DNA of 64,000 bases from Armatimonadota bacterium (GTDB taxonomy: Bacteria > Armatimonadota > UBA5829 > DTLH01), in assembly GCA_038207085.1 (NCBI GenBank), contig JBBRAE010000002.1, forward strand, positions 96,001 to 160,000. The letters are read 5' to 3'. Below, piece after piece: positions 28,789 to 39,800 of this stretch. Made by a program: the position numbers and the translations under genes. The notes below the pieces were generated by a model. That model saw only the letters and a program-made list of their open reading frames with translations. It did no database searches and was not told the origin of the DNA. Position 1 is the first letter of the stretch. Every line of letters starts with the position of its first letter.

Positions 28789-29628
28789 TTAAGGGGCAAT
28801 ACTTACGACTCCAAGGTCGTTTTCTGCGCCCGCCGAAAGAGCCACTGAGTCTGCGACTGTTTTGCCGTCGTAGACCGACTCAGGCGTGGTGAGCCTGAGC
28901 TGGTAGTTGCCTGGGAATAGCGGGCCGATCGAGAACTTGCCGTCCTCGCCGACCGTGCTGGAGCTGACAACGGTCGTCGGGTCGCTTGTCTCGCAGGCGT
29001 CGACTGTTGCGCCTGCTGGGACAGCCGATGCGGCACCTGTGCCGTCGACAAACGCAAGCGTCCCGGTCACGACTGCCGCCGCGGAGACCGGCACCATCGC
29101 GGTCACCGGCTGCAGCTTGTAGTCGCCTCCGCCTGTCACGGTGATCGACTTGCCCGCGTTGAAATCGAGCATAAGCGCAGCCGTTTCGCCGGCAGCTACA
29201 GTGAACTGCCTGTTGAACTTGACTCCGGTCGACTCCACGTTTGATATGTCTAATACATGCTCAACTCCGTCGATCGTAACGGTCGCCGCGCTTATCAGCA
29301 GGCGGACTTGAGTGTAGCGCCCGGGGCCGAGCGGTGTCGTCCCAAGCAGCGGAAACGTGCTTGAGGTGCTGCCATTGTAGCGGTAGTCCAAGAGATCAAC
29401 CGAAAGCGGGCTCGATTCCGGGTAGGTCTTAAGCGTAATCCAACCCGATTCTGCGCTGTGGACCTCGACCGAGGTGATCGAGACGACGAGCGACTCCATC
29501 TCGCCCGGTGCGTCACTTAGAAAGAGTCGGATGCCCCCGTTTGAGCCGCCACCGCCACCGCAGCCGCTCAGTGTGAGTACACCCACCACCAGAATCGCCG
29601 CCATAGATAGAAAAAATTTCCCTGTCAT
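28789..29628 (-). CDS. DUF4382 domain lipoprotein
   Basis: Lipobox LSGC followed by poly-Gly; LSDAP, GRYTQVRL, LDFNAGKS. Confidence 0.85.
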   Translation of the reverse strand: MTGKFFLSMAAILVVGVLTLSGCGGGGGSNGGIRLFLSDAPGEMESLVVSITSVEVHSAESGWITLKTYPESSPLSVDLLDYRYNGSTSSTFPLLGTTPLGPGRYTQVRLLISAATVTIDGVEHVLDISNVESTGVKFNRQFTVAAGETAALMLDFNAGKSITVTGGGDYKLQPVTAMVPVSAAAVVTGTLAFVDGTGAASAVPAGATVDACETSDPTTVVSSSTVGEDGKFSIGPLFPGNYQLRLTTPESVYDGKTVADSVALSAGAENDLGVVSIAP

Positions 29629-29887
29629 CCCACATCTCCTTTGGATGAGTCGCGTTGCCAGTCGCGCTATGCGAGAATTTAGACGAGCAGGCGAGCAGTT
29701 TGTTCCGTGGTCTAAGCCCCGTTTGCTTTCGCCACGGGAATCACAGTGCTTGGGCTGTCGGGCGTTATGGTTCATCATATAGATCATGCCACGCTTCGGG
29801 CGACTGGCTTGCACGTAGAATGTCCTGATAGCTCTTGACATTGGGCGAGCGGGGTATCACAATGTAAGGACTTTGCGGGGTGTGAAA

Positions 29888-30817
29888 ATGCGTATCAATA
29901 CAAAAAAAGTAATTTTGTTTCTTGCGATCACTTTTGCGGCGGACTGGGCGCTTGCGGGCGCGTTTTTCGCAGCCGGGCTTGGGACAAACAGGCTGCTTTA
30001 TGGCATGCTTGCGGCGCTTTACATGCTCGTTCCCGCAGCTTCGGCTTTCATCGTGCAATCGATCTACCGCGAACGGGTAGTTGGCCCGCTCAGGGTCTCT
30101 TTTGCCCTGAACAAGTGGTTTCTTGTCGCGTGGCTTGCTCCCGTGGCGCTTGCGCTTGGGGCATGGCTCGTCTCTCTGCTTTTGCCGGGAGTCAGCTACA
30201 CTTCAGACCCGCTTGCGATCCTGGGGCGCGTCGGCGGACGCTTGACCCCCGAACAGCTTGCGCAGGCTGCTGCGCAGATGCGGTCGATCTCCTTTGCGCC
30301 GCTCGTTTTGACGGCGGTTGGGCTTTTTGCGGGGTTGCTCGCCGGTGCGACGATCAACGCGGTGTTTGCCTTCGGCGAGGAGCTTGGCTGGCGGGGACTG
30401 CTGCTGCGCGAGCTTGCGCCCCTCGGGTTCTGGAAGTCAGCGGGGGTGATCGGCCTCATCTGGGGAGTTTGGCACGCGCCCCTGATTTTCCACGGGCACA
30501 ACTATCCCCAGCACCCCGTGCTCGGGGTCGCGATGATGACCCTCTGGACGCTTCTATTGTCGCCCATTTTGAGCTATGTAACGCTTCGGGCGCGCTCGGT
30601 CGTTGCAGCCGCAGTGCTCCACGGCACGATAAACGGGGTCGGCGGGCTGTCGCTCTTCTTCCTGAAGGGTGGGAACGATCTCAGCGTCGGCCTGACGGGA
30701 CTTGCGGGTATGGTCGTCCTTGCGCTTGCAAACGTCGCGGTTATTCTGCACAACAGGCGCGCGAGCGTGCCGATCGACGAGCTGCTAACGTCAAGTGAGG
30801 AGGCCGCCGGTGTTTGA
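29888..30817 (+). CDS. CPBP (Abi/CAAX) intramembrane metalloprotease
   Basis: GEELGWRG, WHAP, LHGTIN. Confidence 0.93.
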   Translation: MRINTKKVILFLAITFAADWALAGAFFAAGLGTNRLLYGMLAALYMLVPAASAFIVQSIYRERVVGPLRVSFALNKWFLVAWLAPVALALGAWLVSLLLPGVSYTSDPLAILGRVGGRLTPEQLAQAAAQMRSISFAPLVLTAVGLFAGLLAGATINAVFAFGEELGWRGLLLRELAPLGFWKSAGVIGLIWGVWHAPLIFHGHNYPQHPVLGVAMMTLWTLLLSPILSYVTLRARSVVAAAVLHGTINGVGGLSLFFLKGGNDLSVGLTGLAGMVVLALANVAVILHNRRASVPIDELLTSSEEAAGV

Positions 30818-32144
30818 CTATGACGCCGCGCTTGAGTACCTCTCGGGCCTGCTGCGGTTCGGGATAAAGTTTGGGCTCGATCGGTTCACTGAGCTCTGCC
30901 GCAGGCTCGGCGACCCCCAGAGCGAGCTTCGCGTGATTCACGTCGGCGGCACCAACGGCAAGGGCTCTACCTGCACCTTTATCACATCGATTTTGCGCGA
31001 GCGCGGCTTTCGGGTCGGCACGTATCTGTCGCCCTACGTCTATGACGTGCGCGAGCGGATACAGATCAACGGGGAGATGATTCCGCCTGAGGACTTCGCC
31101 GATCTTATGAGCGAGATCGCACCCGTTATGGAGTCGATAGCCGAGACCGAGCTTGGACAGGGGACCGAGTTTGAAGCCAAAACCGCGATGGCGTTTCTCT
31201 ATTTTGCGCGCCAGAAGGTCGACTTTGCCGTGATTGAGGTCGGTATGGGCGGGCGTTACGACTGCACCAACCTCGTTAACCCAATCGTGACTGCGATCAC
31301 CAACGTCTCGCTCGATCACACCGAGCGCCTCGGCGACACCGTCTCGCAGATCGCCTGGGACAAGGCAGGAATCGCCAAGCCCGGCGCGACTCTTGTGACC
31401 GCCGCAACCGACGAGGCCTGGGGGGTGATCTTCCGCACAGCAGCCGAGCAGAGTGTCGAAGATATGTGGCGGGTTGTCCCTCCAAACCACGTGCCGGGGC
31501 CCGACAGTCCCGTGCCAAACGCAACCGTGATCTATCAGGGAGACGACGGCGAAGTGACGATAGAACTCCCCGACGGGATCATCGGGCCGGTGAACCTGCG
31601 CCTTGCGGGCGACTTCCAGCTCGCCAACGCCGCTCTCGCCGCCGCAGCGGTCGAGGCGATCCCAAAGACCTTGACCCATGTGCCGCATTCGGCGATGGAG
31701 CGCGGGCTTTCCAAAGCTTACCTCCCTGGACGGATGGAGGTGCTGCGCCGCCGTCCGACGGTTGTGATCGACGCCGCGCACAACCCCGACGGGGCACGGA
31801 ACCTCGCAGACTCAATTCGCCGTCACTTCGACTACCAGCGACTGATTCTGGTAGTCGGAATGCTCAGCACCCACTCAGCTGACGAAGTGTTGGAAACGCT
31901 TGCCCCGATGGCCGACGAGGTGATTGCGACCCGTTCGCGCTGGGAAAAGGCCCGACCCGCAGGTGAGATCGCCGAAGCCGCTCTTCACTTTACCGCAAAC
32001 GTCCGTGTGATCGAGCCGGTAGCTTCAGCCGTCCGAGAGGCGCTCGATATTGCGGGCGAAAAAGATCTGGTGCTCGTGACTGGGTCGTTTTATACTATCG
32101 GCGAGGTGGATAGAGACACTATTAGCCGTTTCGGTCGCGAGTAG
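30810..32144 (+). CDS. folC: Folylpolyglutamate synthase/dihydrofolate synthase
   Basis: HVGGTNGKGS, EVGMGGRYDCTN, DAAHNPDG, TGSFY. Confidence 0.96.
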   Translation: MFDYDAALEYLSGLLRFGIKFGLDRFTELCRRLGDPQSELRVIHVGGTNGKGSTCTFITSILRERGFRVGTYLSPYVYDVRERIQINGEMIPPEDFADLMSEIAPVMESIAETELGQGTEFEAKTAMAFLYFARQKVDFAVIEVGMGGRYDCTNLVNPIVTAITNVSLDHTERLGDTVSQIAWDKAGIAKPGATLVTAATDEAWGVIFRTAAEQSVEDMWRVVPPNHVPGPDSPVPNATVIYQGDDGEVTIELPDGIIGPVNLRLAGDFQLANAALAAAAVEAIPKTLTHVPHSAMERGLSKAYLPGRMEVLRRRPTVVIDAAHNPDGARNLADSIRRHFDYQRLILVVGMLSTHSADEVLETLAPMADEVIATRSRWEKARPAGEIAEAALHFTANVRVIEPVASAVREALDIAGEKDLVLVTGSFYTIGEVDRDTISRFGRE

Positions 32145-32228
32145 CGGGCTGTTTCATGCCCGCGTTTTCGCTAGACCCGATTTGCTCCAGCGGCGCGGTT
32201 TTGGTATCCTTAAGCCAGAGGTGTCGCC

Positions 32229-34079
32229 GTGATCGCGATTTTGCAGCTTTTGGTCATATCTACCATATCAGCAGCCTTTGCCCGCAGGGTATTTGCCCGG
32301 TGGGAGCCGGAGTTTGCCACGGGCGGGGAGCGTCTGCTCTTTGAATACGCGGCGGGGCTTGGGCTTCTTGGCCTGGTGATGTTCGCTCTGGGCGCGCTGC
32401 AGCTCTTTTACGTGTGGAGCTTTGTTCTGGTTCTCATCGCGATGGCCGCTCTTGGTTGGAATCGGCTTTCTGAGGTCATAGGCGAGCTGACGCGTGGTAT
32501 TGGGTCGCTTCGAAGCACAAAACGCGACACTGGAACGTACTTGGTGGTCGGTTTGATCGGAGCAATCGGTGTGCTTGTGCTCGTTCGCGCGCTTGCGCCG
32601 CCGCTTGGCGACGACTGGGACAGCCTCGCCTACCATCTCGCGATCCCCAAGCTCTATCTCTCGCACGGTGGGATTTATTACGTCCCATTTGCAAGCCACA
32701 GCAACTTCCCGTTCACCTGGGAGATGCTCTACACGCTTGGCCTCGGGTTTGGCTCGATCGCCCTTGCCAAGCTCTTTCATTTTGCGGCGTGGATTCTTCT
32801 TCTGTGGGCGACTCACTCGCTTGCGAGGCGATATTTTTCTGCTGTCTCTGCCGGGATTGCGACACTCGTATTTGCAGGTATCCCGATCGCGGCCTGGGAA
32901 GCGACTTCGGCCTATGTGGACCTCGCGACGGCGCTTTATACGCTCCTCGTGGTCTATGCGCTTCTGAACTATTCAAGCACCCGTGACCGGCGCTGGGCCT
33001 TAGCCGCAGGGCTTCTGGCGGGGATTGGGGCCGGGACCAAGATGACGGCGCTTGCGATGATCGGGGTCGCCTTTGTGTGGGTTCTCTGGCCGGAAAAGGG
33101 CGAGAAGCTCGCCTCACGCCTGAAGCTTGCGCTTGGCACATCGGTTGTGGCCGCACTTGTCACCGCACCCTGGTATATAAAGACCCTGATCTATACCGGA
33201 AGCCCGGTCTACCCGTTCTTGTACGGCGTCTTCGGCGGTCGCAACTGGAGCGGTCTCACAGCCGAGCTCTATCGGGCAGATCAGCTGCGCTTCGGGGTAG
33301 GGCACGGAACTCTGGACTTTCTGAGGCTCCCCTGGGACCTCTTTGCCCATTTTGCTCGCTTCCACGACTACGGCTCGCGCATGCCGGAGGATATCTCACT
33401 GCCCGCACTTGCAACGCTTAACCCTCAGATGCTGAGTGTGTGGGTCGGCCCCGCCGTTGCCGCGATGTTCCTGCTCGCGCCCTTTGCCCTTACCCGTCGA
33501 GGCGCGCACAGGCCGATGCTTGCCGCAGCGCTCGCGCTGGTGGTGATGTGGTTTGTTGCGATGCAGAACGTTCGATATCTCATACCTGCGCTTGCGCTCT
33601 TTGTCCCGGCGGTCGCCTGGGCCGCCGAGCAGTTCAACCTCAGGCGCGTCGCCCTAGTTGTCGCCGCAGCGTCTAGTTTGCTCACAATTTACATTATGTG
33701 GAACTTTGCCCGTCCTGCGCTCCCGGTCGCGCTTGGAGTCGAGCCCCAGTCGGAGTATTTGGCGGGGATGGACCTCTACCGCACAAGCGAGTTCATCAAC
33801 CGCGAGATTCCCCGGGGCGCAAAAGTCGCGCTCTTTGGCGAAACGCGGGGGTTCTACCTCGACCGGCCCTACTTTTGGGCCGACTCAGGCCACAACGCGA
33901 TCATCCCTCAGGGCTACGAAGCTTCCCGAATCGCCTGGCTCGCCGCTCACGGCTACCGTTATATCCTCGTCAATCACCGCTCCTACGCCTTCCAAAACGC
34001 CGAACCGCCTGCCGGGCTTGAAGAGCTCTACATGGACCTGTCAGGCCAGATGAGTGTTTGGAAGTACGCTGGGCCCTAA
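32229..34079 (+). CDS. Polytopic membrane protein, lipid-carrier-dependent glycosyltransferase (GT-C/ArnT-like)
   Basis: Many TM helices; DWDSLAYHL, YVD, PWY...TGSPVYP. Confidence 0.75.
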   Translation: MIAILQLLVISTISAAFARRVFARWEPEFATGGERLLFEYAAGLGLLGLVMFALGALQLFYVWSFVLVLIAMAALGWNRLSEVIGELTRGIGSLRSTKRDTGTYLVVGLIGAIGVLVLVRALAPPLGDDWDSLAYHLAIPKLYLSHGGIYYVPFASHSNFPFTWEMLYTLGLGFGSIALAKLFHFAAWILLLWATHSLARRYFSAVSAGIATLVFAGIPIAAWEATSAYVDLATALYTLLVVYALLNYSSTRDRRWALAAGLLAGIGAGTKMTALAMIGVAFVWVLWPEKGEKLASRLKLALGTSVVAALVTAPWYIKTLIYTGSPVYPFLYGVFGGRNWSGLTAELYRADQLRFGVGHGTLDFLRLPWDLFAHFARFHDYGSRMPEDISLPALATLNPQMLSVWVGPAVAAMFLLAPFALTRRGAHRPMLAAALALVVMWFVAMQNVRYLIPALALFVPAVAWAAEQFNLRRVALVVAAASSLLTIYIMWNFARPALPVALGVEPQSEYLAGMDLYRTSEFINREIPRGAKVALFGETRGFYLDRPYFWADSGHNAIIPQGYEASRIAWLAAHGYRYILVNHRSYAFQNAEPPAGLEELYMDLSGQMSVWKYAGP

Positions 34080-34113
34080 ATGGCGGCTCGCCAACATATT
34101 TTTGCAATCCGCC

Positions 34114-34140
34114 GTTTTGATACAAACTGCGGCAGGGTAA
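34114..34140 (+). promoter_or_regulatory. sigmaB/sigmaF-type promoter
   Basis: GTTT-N17-GGGTAA. Confidence 0.65.
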
Positions 34141-34233
34141 CGTGAAAATGTAGGCAACTGGATAATGGAGATCAGGATTCCCGGGCGGCGGTCTACCAAG
34201 GCTCGGGAATTCTTTCATGCGGAGGCGCAATAG

Positions 34234-34962
34234 TTGGTAAATATCAAACCTTGTGTTGAGGAAGAGATCCAAGCGATCTACGTTGAGGCGCTGCATGCTA
34301 TGCGCGACAGAAATGTGCCGTTTGTGCTCGGAGGCGCGTTTGCTGTGTGGTTCTACACCGGAGTCTGGCGACACACCCATGACATAGATGTCTTTGCCGA
34401 GCCAGAGAGCGTTCCGGCCGCCGCCGAAGCCCTGAAATCGGCGGGTTTTGAAGACCTCGGAGAGCAAGCCCCCGGCGACCGCGAATGGATCTATCACGCC
34501 GTCAAAGGCGATATCATCGTCGATGTCATCTTCAAATTCGCAAACCGAATCACGTCCGTGAGCGCGGACTGGATCAAACGCTCAAGGCCCGGCGAGCTGC
34601 TGGGAGAAGACGTCAGGTTCCTGCCCCCCGAAGAGCTTGTCTGGTCCAAAATCTTCACGATGAACAAGCACCGGTGTGACTGGCCGGACATAATGAGGAT
34701 CTTCCGGGCAAACTGCGCGAATTTTGACTGGGATCACCTCATAAAGATGCTCGGGGACCACTGGCTGCTCCTTGGGGGACTCGTTCACGTGTTCGACTGG
34801 CAGCACCCCGACGACCACGCGTGCATTCCGCAGGGCGTCAGGGACGAGCTTTTGAAGAGGAGACAGGATCACCAGCCGCAGCAGGGCGTCGGAAACAGGG
34901 AAAAGTTGCTCGACCCGTGGATCCACTCCAGGCCGGAGGACAAATGTTACTGGGAGCAATGA
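34234..34962 (+). CDS. Pol-beta superfamily nucleotidyltransferase
   Basis: LGGAFAV...THDIDVF...VDVIF motif. Confidence 0.85.
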   Translation: MVNIKPCVEEEIQAIYVEALHAMRDRNVPFVLGGAFAVWFYTGVWRHTHDIDVFAEPESVPAAAEALKSAGFEDLGEQAPGDREWIYHAVKGDIIVDVIFKFANRITSVSADWIKRSRPGELLGEDVRFLPPEELVWSKIFTMNKHRCDWPDIMRIFRANCANFDWDHLIKMLGDHWLLLGGLVHVFDWQHPDDHACIPQGVRDELLKRRQDHQPQQGVGNREKLLDPWIHSRPEDKCYWEQ

Positions 34963-35723
34963 ACAACCCCATGATCGACGTGATCTCTGAGATCGAGTCG
35001 ATCGCGGACAAAGGCTTTGACTTCATCGATCTTACGATGGAGCCACAGGAAGCGTATTCAGCGACCTTTCCTACCCGTGAGGTGAAGGCCGCCCTGAAGC
35101 GCACCGGGCTTGAGGTCATCGGGCACACCGCGTGGTATCTGCAGCTTGCAAGTCCGTTTCCTGAGATAAGGGAAACCGTCGCCCGGGAGCTCGAGCGGTG
35201 CATGCGGGTCTTTCACGAGCTCGGCGCGACGCTTATGAACATCCATCCTCACACCAATGCGCCCCTTCACGACGAGGAATGGATGCGCAGCCAGAATATC
35301 GCGACTCTTTCCCGGATCGCGACCATCGGCTCGCGCCTTGGGATCAAGATCATAATCGAAAACACCCCGCATTTCAGTCGCGTGATGGAACTGCGGCCGA
35401 TGCTTGAGGCGATTCCTGAGATGGGGTTTCACCTCGATGTGGGGCATGCGAACCTCGACAGCCCTTACAACCGCACAGAGGAACTCGTTTCAAACTTTGG
35501 CGACAGGCTGTACCACGTCCACGTCTCAGACAACCGGGGCGGGCGCGACGACCTTCACCTGCCGCTTGGGGTGGGGAACATCAATTGGGCCTGGGTCGTG
35601 AAGATACTGAAGAACGCGGGCTACGACGCCGGGATTACCATCGAAGTCTTTGGTGACGACCCGGATTATTTGACTATCAGCCGCGACAAGCTTCGCAAAC
35701 TCTGGGATACGATTGAGGCATAA
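34944..35723 (+). CDS. Sugar phosphate isomerase/epimerase (xylose isomerase-like/AP endonuclease 2 TIM barrel)
   Basis: IEN, LDVGHAN, HVHVSDN, DLHLPLG, ITIEV; GGAGG RBS, start overlaps upstream gene. Confidence 0.9.
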   Translation: MLLGAMNNPMIDVISEIESIADKGFDFIDLTMEPQEAYSATFPTREVKAALKRTGLEVIGHTAWYLQLASPFPEIRETVARELERCMRVFHELGATLMNIHPHTNAPLHDEEWMRSQNIATLSRIATIGSRLGIKIIIENTPHFSRVMELRPMLEAIPEMGFHLDVGHANLDSPYNRTEELVSNFGDRLYHVHVSDNRGGRDDLHLPLGVGNINWAWVVKILKNAGYDAGITIEVFGDDPDYLTISRDKLRKLWDTIEA

Positions 35724-35768
35724 GTTTCGGGCACGGGGGCTGGCAAAACCAGCCCCTCGTCCAAATCC

Positions 35769-36641
35769 CTAATTTTCAACGGCGGCGGATTCCTCCACAA
35801 GCTCCACTGCGAAGTCCTCAAACCTGCGGGGTTCGTGCTTTAGTGCGTCTCGCAGAGGCGCGTCGGGGTTGTCCGGGACGCTGAAGCCGTGCTCCTGGAA
35901 GAACGTGAACATGATCTTGTAGTCCCCGATCATCCAGTCCGGCAACATGCTCTTTGCCTGCTCGGCCCACGCGTCGAGGTCGTCGCCTATGTAGCGCACG
36001 TCCCGCCCGAGGTACTGGGAGTAGACTTCGGCTACCCTTGGGCCAGAGAGGTTTTCCGGCCCCTGAAGCTCGTATATCCGCCCGTGGTGTCCGCTCTCAA
36101 GAAGCGAGGTCACCGCCGCGTCGGCGATATCTCGCACGTCCACGCGATTTATCCCCCTCTTGCCGATCGGGTAGGGATATACTCCCTGCTCGGTGATCAC
36201 GTCTTTGACCCACAGGTCGTTTTGGTAGAAGTTGGTCGGGCGAAGGATTGTCCACTCAAGGCCGGAGTTCATTATGGCCTGCTCTATCGGGATTTTGCTT
36301 GCAAAGTGTGGGATGTGCTCGGACCCCGGAGGCATGCCGACCGACATATAGACGATTTTTTGCACCTCTGAGTCCTGCGCCGCCCGAACGCCCTGAAGCC
36401 CAAGCTCGGCCTCCTGAGGCCCGATTGGAACCAGGAGAAACAGCGCGTCTATGTCTTGAAACGCTGCCGGGAGCGTTTCGGGCTTGGCAAGATCGCCGAC
36501 CGCCGCCTGCGCGCCTTCGGGGACTTCGTGCGCCTTTTGTTCCGAACGAGTGAGCACCCGCACGTCGGCGTTCCGGGCGAGAAGGTCGGCTACAACCTGA
36601 CTTCCGACGGTCCCCGTGCCGCCGATCACAAGTATTTTCAT
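35769..36641 (-). CDS. NmrA-like NAD(P)-binding oxidoreductase
   Basis: ILVIGGTGTVG, HFASKIPIE, VDVRDIA. Confidence 0.92.
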   Translation of the reverse strand: MKILVIGGTGTVGSQVVADLLARNADVRVLTRSEQKAHEVPEGAQAAVGDLAKPETLPAAFQDIDALFLLVPIGPQEAELGLQGVRAAQDSEVQKIVYMSVGMPPGSEHIPHFASKIPIEQAIMNSGLEWTILRPTNFYQNDLWVKDVITEQGVYPYPIGKRGINRVDVRDIADAAVTSLLESGHHGRIYELQGPENLSGPRVAEVYSQYLGRDVRYIGDDLDAWAEQAKSMLPDWMIGDYKIMFTFFQEHGFSVPDNPDAPLRDALKHEPRRFEDFAVELVEESAAVEN

Positions 36642-36816
36642 GGCTCTACCCCCAGTGGATGAGTTTGATGGTCTTTGTATCAGTATCGCCGTTTCGGGGG
36701 GAGATCAAACTAAGAAGTCCCCTCTCCCCTTGTGGGAGAGGGTGAGGGGGAATACCTGAAAGTCAGCAATAGACAAATGCGTCCGGGGATGTTGTGTCCC
36801 CGGACGCGGTTTATTC

Positions 36817-39800
36817 TTACGGTTTTTCAAGCGTGATCGCCATAACGCGCACTTTGGCGTTTTGCGGCAGGACGATCGATGAGATCTGCCGGGTCGCATC
36901 AAGGGGTATCGCGTAGCGGAACAGGTAGCAGTTCGCTCCCCGTTCGTCGCCCGTTGCAATGTGGCGCTGCAGGGTTACGAGCGCGATTTCCTCGCCGTTT
37001 GCCGGTTCGCTCTTCCATGAGCTCATCTTGACCTTTGCAGGCTCGACCGATGAAGGGTAGCCGATGCCAAAACTCGCGTCCTGATCGGGCTCAGTCGCTG
37101 CGCCAAGAATGTGGACTACAGAATACTTGCCCTTGGGGACGTTTATCGTCTGACCGGCGCACGTGACGGCGTTTTTGTCGCCCGCCGCTTTGTGGCCGAA
37201 GCGGAAGCTGATCTTTCGATTGGCGTCCTTGGTCCAATTGTACCCACAGGGGTAGAGGTCGTTTGGTTTGCCGACGCAGATGTCCGGCGGCATAAACTCA
37301 GCCGGGAAGCTTGCGCCTGTGCCGTCAAAGTTGCCGCTTTCGCGGTTGCGGTCCGGGCTTGAGGCGACAGTGTCGAACGTGGTCGAGAGGTCGGCCATAG
37401 AGAGCTTGCCGTTCTGCACGGTCACTTCCACAGTGAACAGGTCGCCCCCGCGGGTGATGTCCAGGGTCGATGCCCAGCGGTCGCGCTCCGCGAGGTCCCA
37501 TGCGAGGATATAGCGGCCGTCGTAGGCGGGCGCGGTCAGCTTGGCGGCGACAATCGTCGGCTCGTTTGGCCTGATCGGCGTCTTCAGAGCGGTCTTTGCG
37601 CCGTCCCAGACGGCTTCTGTGCCGTCGAGATAATACCAGTGGTAGCCGATGCTGTGGACGCCTGGAACCCAGAGCTCGGGGCTGTTGTTGCGCACGGCAA
37701 GCTTCACATCGATCATCTTGCCAGCGTCGATCGCCTCCGGCACGTCGCATGCGACAAAGTGCGCTCCGAGGTCCGAGTCAAATATGTCGAGCGCCCGCTC
37801 GTAGAGGCCGCTTGCTCTGGTCGAGGTCGGAATGCTCGTCTCGCCGTCGACCATAGTGAGCGCCAGGCGGTAGTCGACGCCAGCTTTGAGGTTCGAGAGC
37901 GGAAGCGGCTTGCCTGTTGGATCGTTAAAGTTGACGGTGAGCTCAAGGTCGGCGATCTGTCCGGGAGCGGTGTCACGGGCGATCACGGTGCGCCAAGGCG
38001 CGGTTGCGACCTCTTTACCGGCGCACAGCAGCTTTGCGATCACGGAGGTGTTGGTCTTCCAAGGCGATGTGCCGTCGTTTCGGACTTTGAGGCGATAAGT
38101 GTAGGAAGCGCCGCTTTTGACCATCACAGGCCCGTCAACCGAGGTGACTCTGGCCTGACACTGGGCACTTTGACCGATCTTGATCGGCACGGAAAGCCCA
38201 TCGTCGCCAAGCGCACTGAACCACTTGTCGTCGGCCATGCGCACCATCTCAAAGCGGATCTCATAGTCACCTTCGGGCAGGTCTTCGGCGTTTTCCTTGA
38301 CGGCTACGACCCCGATTGCGATCTCAGCGGACTGTCCCGGCAGGATGTCGGACTGCAGAGGTCGCTTGACCGCCGCTTCGCCGATCGGTTTGCCGTCTTT
38401 GTACCACCTGTACGAAAGTGCGAACCCCTCCGCGGCGCGCCACGTGCGGATGCCGTCGTTTTGCACGGTCATGTCGACCGAATAGACGGTCTCCGGCAGG
38501 ATCGCGCGCGGCAGGTTGTGGCGCATAAACTTGGCGTCGTAGTCGCGGGGGCCGCGGAACTTGAGCGCCTGCATTGCGGTCGCGTCAATATAAGTGAAAC
38601 CGTATTGGCGGCTTCCGCATATCTCGCTTCCCTCGCGGAACTGGTTCCAGCCGTCGACTATCGCCCAGTTAGGGCGTTTGACGAGCGTTTTGCTCCAGTC
38701 GGCGCGGTAGGTGTCACCGCCTTCTCGCGAACGGATGGGGGTGACGCTCTGCGGGACGGCGCAGTCGTCGTAACCGGGGCCGACCGCCGCGATTCGGATC
38801 TTTGCAGTGTCGTCGTAGGTAAAATCAAGCCCCGCGCCGTAGCGGCAGAAGCCGTCGAGGCCGGGGGCTTTGTCATTGAAGTCGCGCGCGCCAAGCCACA
38901 TGATGTTTGCGTCAAAGTCGCGTGCGAAGCGCTCGTTTACGTAGGATATAAAGCTTGAGTCAAGGTCGGAAAACGGCCTTGCGGAGTATAGCTGGACTAT
39001 ATACGATGGCCGCCCGGAGCGTTCGTCGGCCATCTGCACCTGCGCGCGGTATTCCTCTGGGACGCGCTCGAAAAAGTCCCGGATCATCCCGTAGAGCGCT
39101 TCCTTGGTGGGCAGTTCGCACAGGTTGGCTGGGCCGCCGATAGCTACCGGGATGGATGTGGTGTCGAGATAGAGCCCGACCAGCGGAAAAGGCTTCTTGG
39201 CGGCTTCAAGCTCGCGCATCGCCTCGACCATTACGTCGAGCCCCTTGGCCGAGTAGTTTGTGCGGCTTGCGGGGTCGCCCCAGTATACGGGCAGGATGAT
39301 ATCTATCCCCGCGCGCCTGATGTCGGAGAGCTCGTCCTTGTGCCACTGCACTCGGTCGAAGCTGAACCACGGGCCTGCTCCCCTGATCGGCTGATCGGTG
39401 AGCGCAAGCCGTCCGTCAGACTCACGCACCCGGGCAAAAGGCGCCGATTTCCTCGGGTCGCCCTGATACCAGTAGAAGTAGTAAGTAAGCGCCATCTTCT
39501 GGAACTGGTGTTTGGGTTTGGCGAGCGCTTCGATTGCGAGCGGGATGTCGAAGCTCGTGTTCTTGTTATACTCTTTCAGGCGCACCTGTCCGTCCATAAG
39601 CGGCATCCGGGTGATGTACTTGCTTGAGACGATCTTATCAAGCGAAAGCGTCGCCGCGCCGAATACTGGGGCGGTGAAGACGATATCCACCCATTTGCTT
39701 GCGTCGTGGACGTCGGCTTCGGCCTTAACGTTCGGTGAGAGGCTGACGAACTTGTTTGAGTCGCCTTTCTGCCTGACCAGCACGTTGAAGCTCATCATCG

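Noticed and set aside
29656..29808. 9-bp inverted repeat enclosing the DUF4382 upstream region as a structured leader
   Set aside because: A single short pairing in GC-rich DNA is plausible by chance, and there are no known riboswitch motifs.
36720..36750. CCCTCTCCC...GGGAGAGGG hairpin (partly similar sequence near 16281)
   Set aside because: A common REP-like palindrome with too few copies here to define a family.
37639..38958. Long antisense and alternative-frame ORFs (for example 37639-38958 +, 30741-31781 -, 42942-43919 -, 60060-60866 -)
   Set aside because: They shadow well-supported genes in GC-rich DNA and have no motifs or RBS.
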